A stretch of DNA of 63,704 bases from NCBI GenBank assembly GCA_013239625.1, contig MU054029.1:17613-81316 (forward strand), in the 5' to 3' direction. The position numbers and the translations under genes are program-made. Below the pieces are notes generated by a model, which was not told the origin of the DNA, did not search any database, and was given only the letters and a program-made list of their open reading frames with translations. The first letter of the stretch is position 1. Every line of letters begins with the position of its first letter. The stretch is from Lama guanicoe (taxonomy: Eukaryota). Positions 1-12,700 of the stretch are shown here, piece after piece.

Positions 1-1764
1 TATGTGCAGTATCTCAGCGTATGTACAGAGCACCTCCCACAGGGTGTATACTTTTGCAAATAGAAGCTTGTCACCCAAAACCTATATTGGGAGAATGAAA
101 ACACAAACCAGGAAACTATTTTCACATTTTTAGTACACAGATTTTTCTTACATTGCTGGTAGTTAAAGCACTTGTGTAAACACACACACATATGACACTG
201 GTAAAGGTGAAGATATAATAAAAATTGATTTGCAAACTATCATATATTTTTGCCTTAAAGATAATTTCTTTGTTGAAATTACTGAAAAGTTATTTAAAAT
301 CCTTACAGTTCATTCATAAAATAACCAATGTTTTAGATGAAAAAAGCAAACTTGTTAATTTTTAGTCCAAATTAGTAACTAAAAATAGAAACACCAAAAT
401 ATTCTTTGCAGTGGCATTGCAATGACAATTTTATAAATTTCTGAAACCTAGGACTATTTACATATCTGTTCAATATAGTGTTAAACAGTCATTAAAAGGG
501 ATTTAAAAGAATTATATTTATTGATATGGAATATATAATAAAAGGAGAAAGCAAAAAATGTGAAATAATAATTTTCCTTTTTGGAAGGGAAAAATATCTT
601 CATTTGAACAAAAAAATGTTTAGAAGGATTTTAAGATTCTTTATGTATAATTAAGGTAAAGATGATTTTTTATTCCACTGTTCTTTCATTTTCAATTTTG
701 GGGGTAATTTTTTATAATAAAAAAAATCTTTAAAACAGTTCTTACATAAATACATTAATAGATATATTTATGACTACATTCTCTGGCTATTAAAAAAGAT
801 CTCCTAGCTGTGGATCTGAAACATACATTCCATAATGCAGATTCTGACTGACTCGCCTCCCAGCCCACAGTGAAGGCACGGCTAGTGTGACATGTTTCAA
901 ATATCATTCCAGGTAGTATGCAGGCTCCCAGCCAGTGGCTGCAAGAGGACTGACACTGATCTCATTGCTCCCAGCTGTAGACCATCACAGATGAGGTTAG
1001 ATTCACAGGCTCATGTTTTCTCTGTCTAAAGAAATAAGAAAATGTTAGGCTTTTACTTTCACCAAGGGAACAAGAAGTTGTTTGAATTTTTTATGCAAAA
1101 AAAACCCAAACCAATTTGAACCTGTTTGAAAAGACATTTGCTCAAAATAGTACAGCAGCAATGAAGGTGCTCTGGCTGGCAGGGACTTACTGGATTCCTG
1201 TGAGTGCTGGACTCCTCACATGGAATTCCCTTGGCACTCCAGAAGGCCTGTGGTTGTCCCCATGAGTTTGTGGCCATATGTGGCACACAAAAGCCTCTGG
1301 CTTTGCCACAATTTCAATGCCTTTTTTGGCTTATGAAAGGTTTTGCACTCAAATGGAGTATTCTTGAGTCCACTCACTGATGTCATTCACCAGAGTTAAC
1401 AGAGTTATAGATCTGACATTCTAGACTCTTAAATTCTTGCAGACATTCAGATGGTTCAGGTTTGGATGTGTATTCACCTCTGGAGGCCTGGACCATATTC
1501 GCTAAAGCCACCCGGACAAGACAAGCAAAATGCAAAGAAATTTTTCTCTCTGCATGACTGAAATGTCTGTGAAGGTATAAAAACTTCTGCATCTACGAAA
1601 ATAGGGAACCAACTTATCAATAACATATCTATCCATAATGCATGGACATTTAAAAAATTACTGTATTTACTTCTATCAAATTCTATCTGGCTTTTGCCAA
1701 ATTGTGTCCTAAACTGTAAGGAAAGTATATAAATGTAGTGAATTTTTGAACTTTTAAGAGAAAA

Positions 1765-2545
1765 AGGAACCCTCCTACTCGGTTGGTGGGAATGTAAATT
1801 GTGCAGCCACTTTGGAGGACAGTATAGAGGTTCCATAAAAAACTGAAAATAGACTTCCGTGTGATCCAGCAGTCCCATTCATGGGCATATGTCTGGAGAA
1901 AAATATAATTCAAAAAGACACATACACCCCAATGTTCACAGCAGCACTATTTACAATAGCCAAAACACTGAAACAAACCAAGTGTTCACTGAAACAACAC
2001 AAGTGTTCACTGACAGATGACTGGATAAAGAAATTGTGGTATATTATATATATATGTATATATACATATATATACACATACATATACACACATGAACACA
2101 CACACACAATGGAATACTGATCAGCCATAAAAAATAAAATAATACCATTTGCAATAACATGGATGGACCTACAGGGTATTATGCTAAGTGAAATAAGTCA
2201 GAGAAAGAAAAACAAATATTCTATATATTAACTTATATATATATATATAAAATAGAACAAATTAATTACTATAATAAAACAGAAATAGACTCACAGGTAT
2301 ATAGAACAGACTGGTGGTTACAAATGGGGAGAAGGAGGAGAGGGGAGGCAGGAAGGGGGTAGGGGATTGAGAGGTAAAAATTACTATGTATAAAATGGAT
2401 AGCTTACAGTGCTGTATCATACAGCACAGGGAAATATAGCCATTATTTTATGGTGACTTTAAATGGAATATAATTTATAAAAATGTTGAGCCTCTTTGTT
2501 AGACACCTGAAAATAATATGATGTAAATCAACTACTCAATTACAA
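1765..2545 (+). mobile_element. 5'-truncated LINE-1 fragment (ORF2 end + 3'UTR)
   Basis: Typical L1 3' motifs (ggtgggaatgtaaatt; caatgttcacagcagcactatttacaatagcc; atggatggacct...atgctaagtgaaataagtcag). ORF 1881-2120 gives the L1 ORF2 tail TPMFTAALFTIAK. Confidence 0.9.
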
Positions 2546-2594
2546 AATGTTTAATAAAAGTTTTCTTTTCATATTATTTGCAATAAGTTGGAAG

Positions 2595-2886
2595 CCAGAA
2601 CTGTCAATAGAAATATAGTGCAAGTCACAATTTTCCAGTAATACCATTTAGAAAATAAAAAGGAACAAGTGAAATTAATTCCAGTAATAATTATATTTAT
2701 CCCAAAATATCCAATATACAATCATTTCAAAAGTGTGACTGACACTTTTAAAACTTATTAATAAATATTTTACATTAGTTTTGTTGTACGAAGTCTTGAA
2801 GATCTATTATGTATTTTCCACTTATAGAACATCTCAATTCAAAATAGCCACATGTGGCTAGTGGCTACCATACTAGACAGAGCAGA
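2595..2886. mobile_element. hAT-Charlie non-autonomous DNA transposon (MER3/MER33-like)
   Basis: Ends in the characteristic agccacatgtggctagtggctaccatactagacag and starts ctgtcaatagaaatata. Subfamily is from memory. Confidence 0.7.
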
Positions 2887-3067
2887 TTACACCATTCACA
2901 CTTCTGATAAATTACCTTCTGTTACTTATTTTAAAAACTTGCAGAAAAGGCTTTAGATATTCCCTACATCAAACAAAACAACCTTGACGGGTTGGAAGTA
3001 TCTTCATTATAAAGTGAAAAATAAAGGTAAGAGAGCCATGTTTACATGTATGTTAATGTAACAATAA

Positions 3068-3193
3068 CTTCTTAAATCATTCAGGACTTTACAATCTTTC
3101 TTCATATGCCAAGGATTCACTGTCACTGCACAATATTTTTCACTGTTATTATCTTTGGAATTGACAGGCTTCTGATGATCCTGCTTTGTGCAT
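3068..3193 (-). pseudogene. KLHL2: KLHL2 (Mayven) exon 2 duplicate, unprocessed pseudo-exon
   Basis: Translates CTKQDHQKPVNSKDNNSEKYCAVTVNPWHMKKDCKVLNDLRS, versus recalled human KLHL2 CTKQGHQKPLDSKDDNTEKHCPVTVNPWHMKKAFKVMNELRS. It is a 126-nt exon with an intact acceptor (ttttcttttatgtacag), but the donor reads TT instead of GT. Confidence 0.9.
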
Positions 3194-3247
3194 CTGTACA
3201 TAAAAGAAAACAACAAAACAGAGAAAAAGACCTTGTTAAAGATAGTT

Positions 3248-3350
3248 TGGGGGGAGGGTATAGCTTAAGTGAAAGATCATATTCTTAGCATGCACAAGGG
3301 CCTGGGTACAATCCCCAGTACTTCTTCTAAAAATAAAATAAATAAAAACC
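3248..3350 (+). mobile_element. tRNA-derived SINE (camelid vic-1-like)
   Basis: ggggagggtatagcttaagtg...gcatgcacaagggcctgggtacaatccccagtac with degenerate A/B boxes and an (AAAT)n tail. Confidence 0.8.
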
Positions 3351-3829
3351 TAATTACCACCCCCCTGCAAAAAATTAATTAATTACTTTAATTAAAAGTT
3401 AAAAAAAGATAATTTAGTGCAGGCTTATCAGGCTACAAGAGCTACAGTGAATGCCCCCCCATTAATTTAGAAGAAGTCTCACAGTATTTCCCAACATAAA
3501 GGCTAAAATATAATTGAGAACAGTTTCTGATGGTCAGCATGATTTTAACAAAAAAGTAGATAGTTACTTCCCTGGTGTCAAAGCTCTGTCAGAGATGGGC
3601 ACAGAAAATTTAGTAGAAATGATTTTGCATATACCTTTGAAAGAAATGCTAAGAAATGATCTTTTCTGTTGGAAATTAGCCTGCTTTTACATTCTGCAGT
3701 AGGCATACATGTTTACAAACCAGGCAGGAACTGGATCATATTTTACACATAATTTAGAAACTGATTTGAATTTTGCTCTCTGTCTGCAAGGCTATTTCTT
3801 AGGTAATTACATAAGCTGGCAACTATACT

Positions 3830-4000
3830 AAATTTTGTTTCCCTGTTTGCTTAATCCTCACAACAACTCTGTAAGCTGCTATTATTACCCCCATATAACA
3901 GATAAAGAGCTTGAGGCAGAAAATAATCTGGGTAACTTGGTAAATGGTGGAGCTGAGTATGACTGCAGCCAGTCTGACACTCAAGTCCATTCTTCCCACC
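3830..4000. mobile_element. MIR SINE remnant
   Basis: ttaatcctcacaacaactctgtaag...attaccccc...cagataaagagcttgaggcaga matches the MIR core. Confidence 0.7.
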
Positions 4001-4459
4001 GATGTCTGATACTGCTACCTACATTCAGCAATGACCGCTGATTTCATATTTAAGTATGTCATTTCTAAAAGTGCAAAGATATATTAGTACTGCTGTGTAA
4101 ATTATTCTTTTGAGATGTGATTGCCAAAAAAAACATAAAATCACGGTTCCACTGAGGGAAGGGCAAACTGCATATAGACGGACACAAGGGGACTTTGTGA
4201 GGACACAGTTGCACAACTCTAGAAATAGCTAAAATGGCTGACTTATACAATTATAATGTGTGAATTTTATGGCCTGTAAATTACACCCTAATACAGCTAT
4301 TAAATTAAGAAACTTGATACCAAATTAAGACTAAAACACATATATATATATATCACACAAAGAACAACAGGCAAATATCATTATTTACTGCACCATTCTT
4401 TCATGCAGCTTCCTTTCCTCACTCGTTCCTGAAAGGATGACTCATTTTTAAAATAGTCT

Positions 4460-5480
4460 TTTAATTTATTTAGCAAATAATTTTTGACAGCCTACTATGT
4501 ACCCAGGACTAATCTAGGCACTTGGAATAGATCAATAAACAAAACAAAATTCCTGTCCTCACGGAGCTTGGTTGGAGTCTAGCTGGAGTGGGGGGTGGAG
4601 ATGACAATTCACTCAACAGAGCAGCAGAGGAGGTGGCATGATAGGAAAGAGGAACCATGGAAAAATCAAAAAAGGGCAAGGTAAAGAGAGTTTAGGGTAT
4701 GGGATGATGGTGATGTTGTATTAAATACCAGAGCAGGCCACACTGAGGACTGAGGTTAGAAATAAGACTAGGAGGTGACAAGTCCCAGGTGGATGGAATA
4801 ACCATCACCAAGGGCAGCGTGCACCTCGCATGTTCCAGAATGGGGGCACGGCTGGAGCTGTGGAGAAGGGTCAGTGCAGATCCTGTACGGCCTTGGAGGA
4901 CGTTGTAAGGACTGTGGCTTTTACCCGTAGTGAAATGGGGAGGCACTGCAGAAGGAGGACACAATCTAACTTAGGTTTTCAAGGCTCACTTGACTGCCGG
5001 GTGAGAATAGGCAAAACGGGTCAGAGATGAAAGGAGGGAAGCCTCTGAGAAGGGCTGTGCAGGAGGAGAGGACAGTGGCTCAGGGCAGGGAAGCAGCATT
5101 GGAGGCAGGAGCCATGGTGAGAAGTGGCTGTGCTCCGGATAAGTTTTAAAGTCAGTGTTAAACCAGGTCTATTGACAGAATTCATGTGGTATGTCAGTGA
5201 AAGTCAGAATAACTCCAAGTTTTTTGACCCAAGCAGCTGGAAGGATTAAGTTTCCACTAACTGAATGGGGGAGGTTGCAGAAAGGACCAGTTTGGGGGGT
5301 AGGAGGACCAAGAGCTCAGTTTTTACACATGTTGGTTTTAAGATATCAGAGTTCCAAATGAAGATGGCAAATCAGCAGAAGATTGTAAGAGTTCAGAGTT
5401 GGAGAGAAAAAGTCTAGCGGGAGACAGAAATGTGGGAATCATGGGTCACACAGGTGGTAGAGGAAGACATGAAACCCAGG
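4460..5480 (-). mobile_element. LINE-2 remnant
   Basis: cagcctactatgtacccaggact...aactccaagtttttg...ttcagttttacacatgttggttttaagat are typical L2 3' region signatures. Confidence 0.65.
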
Positions 5481-8400
5481 TACTCAAACATTAAGATAAC
5501 CTGGCATTAACCATAGAAGTTTTCCTTGAGGGCCTGCCTACTAGGTGTGGATATCAGTCCTATTTCCCAACCACTCGAGTTTTAGAAAGGAACTTACAAA
5601 TGAATTCGTGCAAGACACTTTCTCCAGGAGTTGGGTCCAGAGCAGGTGTGGGAGAATGGGATGGTGCACGCTACTCCCTACGGCAGAATGTGTGTGTGTG
5701 TGTGTACACATGTGAGTGTGCACAGAGGGATGAGACACACCTGGCTTAAGAAAAAGAGCTAGTAAGTCTAGAAGCCGAAAGATGAAAGAACATCCAGATC
5801 TGGTAGAGGGAACAGGGGAAACACTGTGTACTGTAAGACATATCCCCATAATGCCATTTCCCACCATCCTTTCATCAGGAACACAGTTGGAAAGGGGGAA
5901 TTATGTAGATACGTGTGATGTACACAATCTTTCTGACTATGTAACACTGACTATATATGTAGCAAGTTAATGATATTTATATCTGCTTCAAGATTAATAA
6001 CATGTTCACAACAGAGGGAAAATAAAATATTGATGACTGGTAGAAGTATCATAGAAGGCCTTTCAATGCTCAGAATGGAAGCAAAAGCAGCTTCACCCCA
6101 CAAAGAATGTCATTAAGGGTCAAGAATGTTTACATTTTCTTAAGAAATTGAGAGTTACAACTTCCTGCTTTAAAGAATTAAGTTTAATACAGATACCATA
6201 CTATAAGCAACGTCTATACTGGTGCTTTATTAAAGTTATTTTTAGTTCCTGTTTGTTCTGATGTACTCCAGAAACTCTGCAATGAAAATCTTCTTTTCAA
6301 AGGCTTAAAGGAATAGAAAAAGAAATAACACTGCATTCTTTTCAGTGTTCCCTGTACTGAAAGTCACTTGCAAATGCAACACCCTGCCACAGGTCAACAT
6401 TTTTAACAATAAAGTACTTTGTGCAGTTTTTCAGTTTCTATGTGTCTTTGTGACAGTCTCTCACTCAGAAGCAGAATGGAGTATCAGAAAATGATACATT
6501 ATGTCTAAAACTACAGATGTAGGAGATGAACGTCCACCAGGAAACAGCTAAGTGGGAGGGTAAGGTTTACCTTTTAAGTTACCGTAAGTGCAGTTACCCC
6601 TTCCCCCTGCTTCCCTTGTGAAGTGAGGATCTAGTCTTTTCCAGAAAAGCTCTCATTCTGAGAACTGTCTTCTTTAAAATATTTGGAGATTCTCTTTTAA
6701 GGCTCTTTCACTTTTAAGTCTTTCCCCAACTCTACATCCTATAACAAGTGTTAAAATTATCCAATAGCCTATTGTTACAGAACATGCTCTACAAAAGCTG
6801 AGGTTTCCCAGGGATTGGATCCCAGAAATCTGCTACCAGATAATCCTAAAGCCTTCCTTCCATAACTGACTCTTCTGCCAATTCCCAGCTGTGGGCAAAT
6901 TCATCTTTTCAGACCAGGTAACTTTCTAACTCTGCCTACAAACACTCTGCTGCCAGTAAAGGAACTCTCAGACCGAAAGCACACAAAGCCCCTAGTGAGG
7001 GTTGCCTCCTTCAAACAATCAAGATGCCATCACCAAACAAATAATTAAACCTACTGCAAAAGTTCTGAAGACAATTACAAACAATGTAGTTTGTATAGTT
7101 GCATACTATTTGCTCTGGAATAGTCATTTCCAATGGAGGGAACAAAGGACCTCATGACCCAAGCAATTTTTTTAAACTGCACGAAACCATCCCTCATCAC
7201 GTGAGGATTCAGGCAAGCCCGTCTTACAGGCCTAGGAGTAACAGAATGACAGCACCTCTAGGAGTAGGATGAAAAGCATCGAGGTAGATTTCTAGTGAAA
7301 AAGAGTGATGTAATAGGCCCTATTGCCCACTTACCTCCCACCACAGGACAATCATCTTATATCGAGGACAAACACTTTGGGAAACAGAGGTTGTTTATGT
7401 TTTTATGGTTTTCTGGTGGAAATAATGCCCTTAGTCATGTGAAGTTGTGGCTGCAAAATTGAACAGGGGACCAGACATTTTCACATTCGGGACACAAATA
7501 GCCCCTGGGTAGCCATCATATCTGCTATCCCCTTTGCCTGTTCATTCCAAAAGCTGCAGGACTGTCCTGCTTGCATTGGCACCCACCACTTCTCACAAAT
7601 TCTTGACAAGTTCACGTCAGCAGCTGGTGGTGTCAAAGTCACCATTTGTACTGCTCTGAAGTACCTCCATTACTTTATATCCCTTCTATTTTCTCTGCTG
7701 TCTTCCTAGCTACACTTGCATTCACAAGTTGGTTACCACACAAACATTGCCTCTGTAATCAGTACAGTATATAGGAAGTAGAGTTTCAAGTGTAACCAGT
7801 CCCAGAACACTTGTCATGCCACTCTAGTTCCCCAACAAAATAGTCTGGCGCCCCTCATCTCACCCAAAGAACCACCGCATAACTTAGAGGTTGTAAATGT
7901 AGAGGGCTTTCTCTACTGGGAAACACTGTGGCTTGTGGTAGATATGCGATTTCAGTTTTTGCAATTAGCTACAGGCAAAAAGACATGGTCCGCAAATTTT
8001 CTTCAAGCGTTTGGAATTTAAACTTTTATTAGATACAGAGTGGGTGGACTAACTGTAATCTATGAACATATGGTCATATTATCAAATAATGTTCATGTCT
8101 GCCTTACAGACATGTAAGAACTTGAATTACACCTGCATCCTGTAGGCCTTTAGAATTGGATGTGAAGCATCCTGTGAGTCAAAAACCTCCTATCCAGTCA
8201 CAGAACACCTTAAAGACAACATCACATTAATGCCACTGAATACATTAGTATAGCCCATGTATGGTTAAGTTACATCTCCGACTTCTCAGAGTTGGAAACG
8301 AGATGTCTAGAAAAGCTGGAAAAGGCCAATTACCAAAACAGCTCAAAAGTTAAAGCAGACTCGTGCACCTCCCAGAGCGGAGGGCAGAGGGGGCATTGGC

Positions 8401-10174
8401 CACCACCCTGTCCTCCCCCAGGACGTGGCATGTGGGGAAGCAGGCAAGAGTGTGTGGCTGGGACTCGGAGGTGGAGAGGTGATGAAAACTAGAGTGGAAC
8501 TGCTCTGATCCTAGAACAACAGAGCTGTAAAAAGCTCGGCTTCAGTTCAACACGCTTCCTCTCCCACATTCCCTCCCACCTAAGTGACAAAAAGAAAAAG
8601 TCAGGAACTTTCTGCCCATGATGGTGACTACTAGCAGGAAAGGGACCAGGATAAAAACATGTCATATAAAAGATCAGTCTGATTTTAAAGACAGTGTTAT
8701 AAACAGTGAACATCACTGTCAGATTGGGACACGTGAGATGCTCAAATAGGGAGGAGGAGGTTGAGGATCCCTTTCCAGCACTTCCATGTCTTTTATCACT
8801 CCTATTTCTGACCTTTCCCTTGCCACTTCTTGTAGCACTTCTATCAATGGCAGGTAAAGGTGCAGCAATGTGACTTGGCCGTTTGGCCGATGGGGCTACA
8901 TTTCCCAGCACTGGAATGAAAAGGCACTGGAAAAGGATCAGCTGGAAGATGTGAACTGCGGTCCTAAACCGCAGTCCTGTGCCAAACACTAACCAGGTGA
9001 CCCTGGGTTAGGCTCTTAGTCTCTCTGGGCTTCCGCTGTTTACTTATAATCGAAGGTTTTGTCCTTGCACAAATATATCCAATATGAAATGTAATGTGAA
9101 AGTCAAACATAATGACATCTCACCTGCTTGCCTCAGGGAACTGTACAAGCATTGAACACTATGTGAATGTAAACACAGAATTAAGAAAACTGTTGAGGTA
9201 AAGTGCTAAACTAAACATGGAGATAAACTTTTATGGATATTCTTGGCTTTCTTTTTTAATTGCAAAACTGAATTAATAGCTATTAGCTATAATCCACACC
9301 ACCACCCCTGCGAATAAATAAAGTAGGTAAGCACTGCCTGGATGCCTGCTATTGCCCGATGCTAAGCAGGGTGAGGGGTATAAAGGAGGCTGAACAAGGG
9401 AGTCTTCTCCAGTTACCAGCTAAGTGAGGAGACACATTGGAAACCACCCGGGAATGGTACCAAGTCAGTACTCAAAGCCGAGAATACAGGCTGCCGATCA
9501 TAAACAGTGCAGGAATACAAAGAGCAGCTAGAAGTATTTAGAGTAAATAGGGAAGACTCTATGAAGGAAATGGGGCTCCAAATAGTTCTCAGGGTAATTC
9601 TAAGCTGTTTTAACTGAGGACTGGATAGGAAAAGGCTGGTGACTCCTGGTTTTTAATAGGACACAGGTTATCCTAGGAGGCTAAGTTACAAAATGATTGG
9701 AAAACATAAGGTAAGTCCAAAATGATGAAGGGTCAAGACTACCTGGCTCAGATCTGGTTGTGGTAAGTCTTTGACTTGACTCTAGATGTTGGAGCGTCAA
9801 AACTGTAGGTTGACTGAAAGGGGGGGAAGAGAATATCCAAGAACTCAGCAGAAGGAATAATTCATGTATCAGGGATGAAAGCTCTTCATCAGAGTATCAG
9901 CAATCAGAATAGACACTTGAAACCAAAAACATACAGTTCCAGAAGCCGACAATATGTGGAGGGTGGTGAGAGGAAGATAAATCAAAGACCATTCCAAGCC
10001 TTTTGGTATTTAAGAACACAAGAATGATTATTCCACTGAATAAGTGAAGACACTGCAAGAAAAAAGATTATGAAATCAGCTTTAGACATGATGAATCTGA
10101 CATATGAGCTAAGAGTAGGAATTATCTAAGAAGCTCAAAATTCAAATCTGAAGCACAGATCTAGAGTACAGGCT

Positions 10175-11310
10175 TAAGATACAGATGTAAAAGACATGAT
10201 AAACTTCATAAAAGAAAACATAGGCAAAACAATTTCTGAGATAAATCTTAGCAACGTTCTCCTAGGGCAATCTACCAGGCAATGGAAATAAGAGAAAAAA
10301 ATAAACAAGAGGGACGTAATTAAACTCATAAATTTCTTCACAGCAAAGGCAACCATAAATAAAACAAAAGGAAACAACAACCTACGAATGGGAGAAAATA
10401 TTTGCAAATGATATGAGTAACAAAGCCTTAATTTTCAGAATATATAAGCAGCACATACAACTTAATAACAAAAAAAAACTGAATCCAAAAATAGGCAGAA
10501 GGCATAAACAAGCATTTCTCCAATGAAGACAGAAATGGCCAATAGGCACATGAAAAAATGCTCGGTATCACTAATAAACAGAGAAATTGAAATGAAAACT
10601 ACAATGAAGTATCAGTTCACACCATTCAGAATGGCCATCACTCAGAAATTCATGAATGATAAATACTAGAGAGGCTGCAGAAGGAAGGGTACCCTCTTAC
10701 ACTGCTGGTGGGAATCCAGTTTGGTGTAGTCATTATGGAAAGCATGGAAATCCCTCAAAAAACAAAAAGTAGACTTGCCCTATGACCCAGCAATCCCACA
10801 TCTTTGTATATAACTGGAAAGAACTCCAATGTGTAAAGATACCTGCACACCAGTATTAATAGCACCACTGTATACAATAGCCAAGAAATGGAGGCAAGCT
10901 AAATGTAGCAACAGATGACTGGATAAAGAAGTTGTGGCAAATTTATACACTGGAATACTACTCCACCATGAATAGGACAAAATAAAACCATTTGCAGCAA
11001 CATGGATGGAGCTAGAGATCGTCATTCTTAGTGAAAGCAGCCAGAAACAGAAAACTACCAAATGATACCACTCATATGTGCAATGTAAAAAAAGAGAGAA
11101 AAAGACACTGTGAACCCATCTACAAAACAGAAACAGACTTGCAGACTTAGTAAACAATCTTAAGGTTACAGGGGAAAGGGGATAGGAAGGGATAAATTTG
11201 GGAGTCTGAGATTTACAAATGCTAGCCACTACATATAGAAAGAGATTTTAAATAAAGTTTCTTCTGTATAGCAAAGAAATCTATGTTCATTATCCAGCAA
11301 TAACCTATAA
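10175..11310 (+). mobile_element. 5'-truncated LINE-1 fragment
   Basis: ORF2 3' motifs (aaaacataggcaaaaca, atgggagaaaatatttgcaaat, gacccagcaatcccac) followed by L1 3'UTR. Confidence 0.9.
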
Positions 11311-11399
11311 TGAGAAAGCCGATACAGCCTCCAACTGAGGAAGCAAGAGAAGAAAGGAGAGTTAGTTATGCGGGGCTAGAGCCCACTTCTAAAATCCTT

Positions 11400-12190
11400 G
11401 TCAGCCACTGAGGCTGCCCCGAGTACATTGAGCCCTCCTCCCAGGGACAGGTTGACATGACATGCGTCCTGCAAACGTGGGGCAGCAGAGGCCGTACCCA
11501 GGTCTGGCCCTGAGGGAGATGGGAGCAAGTCTTGCTCCCCTTGGGGCAACACCCCTCCCCACAGCCCCCGCCACCTGACTGCACCGCGCCTGCCTCTCAG
11601 GAAACCACTGACTTGAAAACAAGTGATCCACGAACCTGGGGCAGCGGCAGGGAGATGGGCAGCGACCTGGCAAGCTGGTGAACTTGCCCCCATCTCCCCC
11701 ACGGCCTGTCCAGGGCTCGGCCTCTGCTGCTCCAGGCACGGTCCGCAGGTCAGCCTGCTCCCGGGAGGAGGGCGCGGTGTGGTCGAAGGCAGTGGCGGGT
11801 TATGGAGTGTGCCCATGGGAGCCCATGGATTTGCTTCAAACTCCCCAGCGCATGGCCTGAGCTTGGCTTCTGCTGCTCCAGATTCGTGGAACTCAGGTTA
11901 CAGGTAGCCTGCTCCTGGAAGGCGGGTGCTGTGCTGTCAGGGAAAGGCGGCAGCTGCGATGGCGGGATTGGGGCTGCCCTGTGAGAGCGCGGGGGTTGCG
12001 ACCATTTCCCGCTGCTGCTGCAGCCATCCCAGCACACTGACCTCACCGCCCCCACCTCCCAGGAGCAGACTGACCTGTAACCTGACTCCCACGAACCTTG
12101 GGCTTTAGAGGCCGCCCCCTAGGTCAGGCCGCGGGGAAGATGGGAGCAAATCCAGGGGCTCTCATGGGGCAGCCCCCATTCCATCCGTGN
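11400..12190. repeat. GC-rich ~155-160 bp degenerate tandem repeat, second copy with internal inversion
   Basis: Same monomer motifs as 53.9-56.05 kb (ttgctcccatctcccc...ggcctctgctgc...cagcctgctcctgggagg). Anchors lie on the - strand at ~11435, ~11593 and ~12055 and on the + strand at 11751 and ~11905. Confidence 0.8.
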
Positions 12191-12224
12191 NNNNNNNNNN
12201 NNNNNNNNNNNNNNNNNNNNNCCC

Positions 12225-12700
12225 TCCCACCTCCCGGGGCTGTACCTGATCTCCTAAACCCGGGTTTAAGCAGCGGCACAAACGCGAGGTCCAGGAACTA
12301 CTAATAGCGGGGTTACCACGAACCACAGAGGCGGCTGGGACCCGCCTCAGGGTCTTAACGGGCCGCGCGGCCGGGACCTCACCTCCGCACCCCTCCCTGT
12401 GCGCATCCTCAGCTGCACAGCCCAGGAGTCACCCGCCGGCTCCCGAGCAGCAAGCCCCCACCAGCGCACCCTTAACTGACTGGCAGCGGCAGCCAAGCTG
12501 AGGGAAAGCGGCGGCCCAGACCCCAGGCTGTGTTCCTCTTCCAGGAGCTAATCCAGGAGCAACCGGCTGCCGCCAGCTTCCACGCGTTCTGGGCGGGTTC
12601 CGGCGTCCGCACGTCTGTGCGTCTGCTCGTGCGCGCCCCTCCTCCTCCCGCCTGCAGCGCAAACTGCTCGGGTGGGTCTCCTGCTTTACCAGACCTGGCC
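12225..12700. promoter_or_regulatory. CpG island / promoter-like region
   Basis: High CpG density (gccgcgcggccgg, ccggcgtccgcacg, gtgcgcgcccc). A possible - strand first exon ends at a gtgact donor near 12432. Confidence 0.6.

Noticed and set aside
827..1592. Two - strand AG/GT-bounded segments (~827-1025, ~1391-1592) as further KLHL2 exons
   Set aside because: Their translations do not resemble the KLHL2 BTB domain and most frames contain stops.
8489..8989. 166-aa ORF on the - strand
   Set aside because: No recognisable domain and a non-ATG start; likely a chance ORF in intronic DNA.
12225..12700. CpG island as the KLHL2 promoter/exon 1
   Set aside because: The distance is plausible, but the METPPLPP coding start was not found on the - strand.
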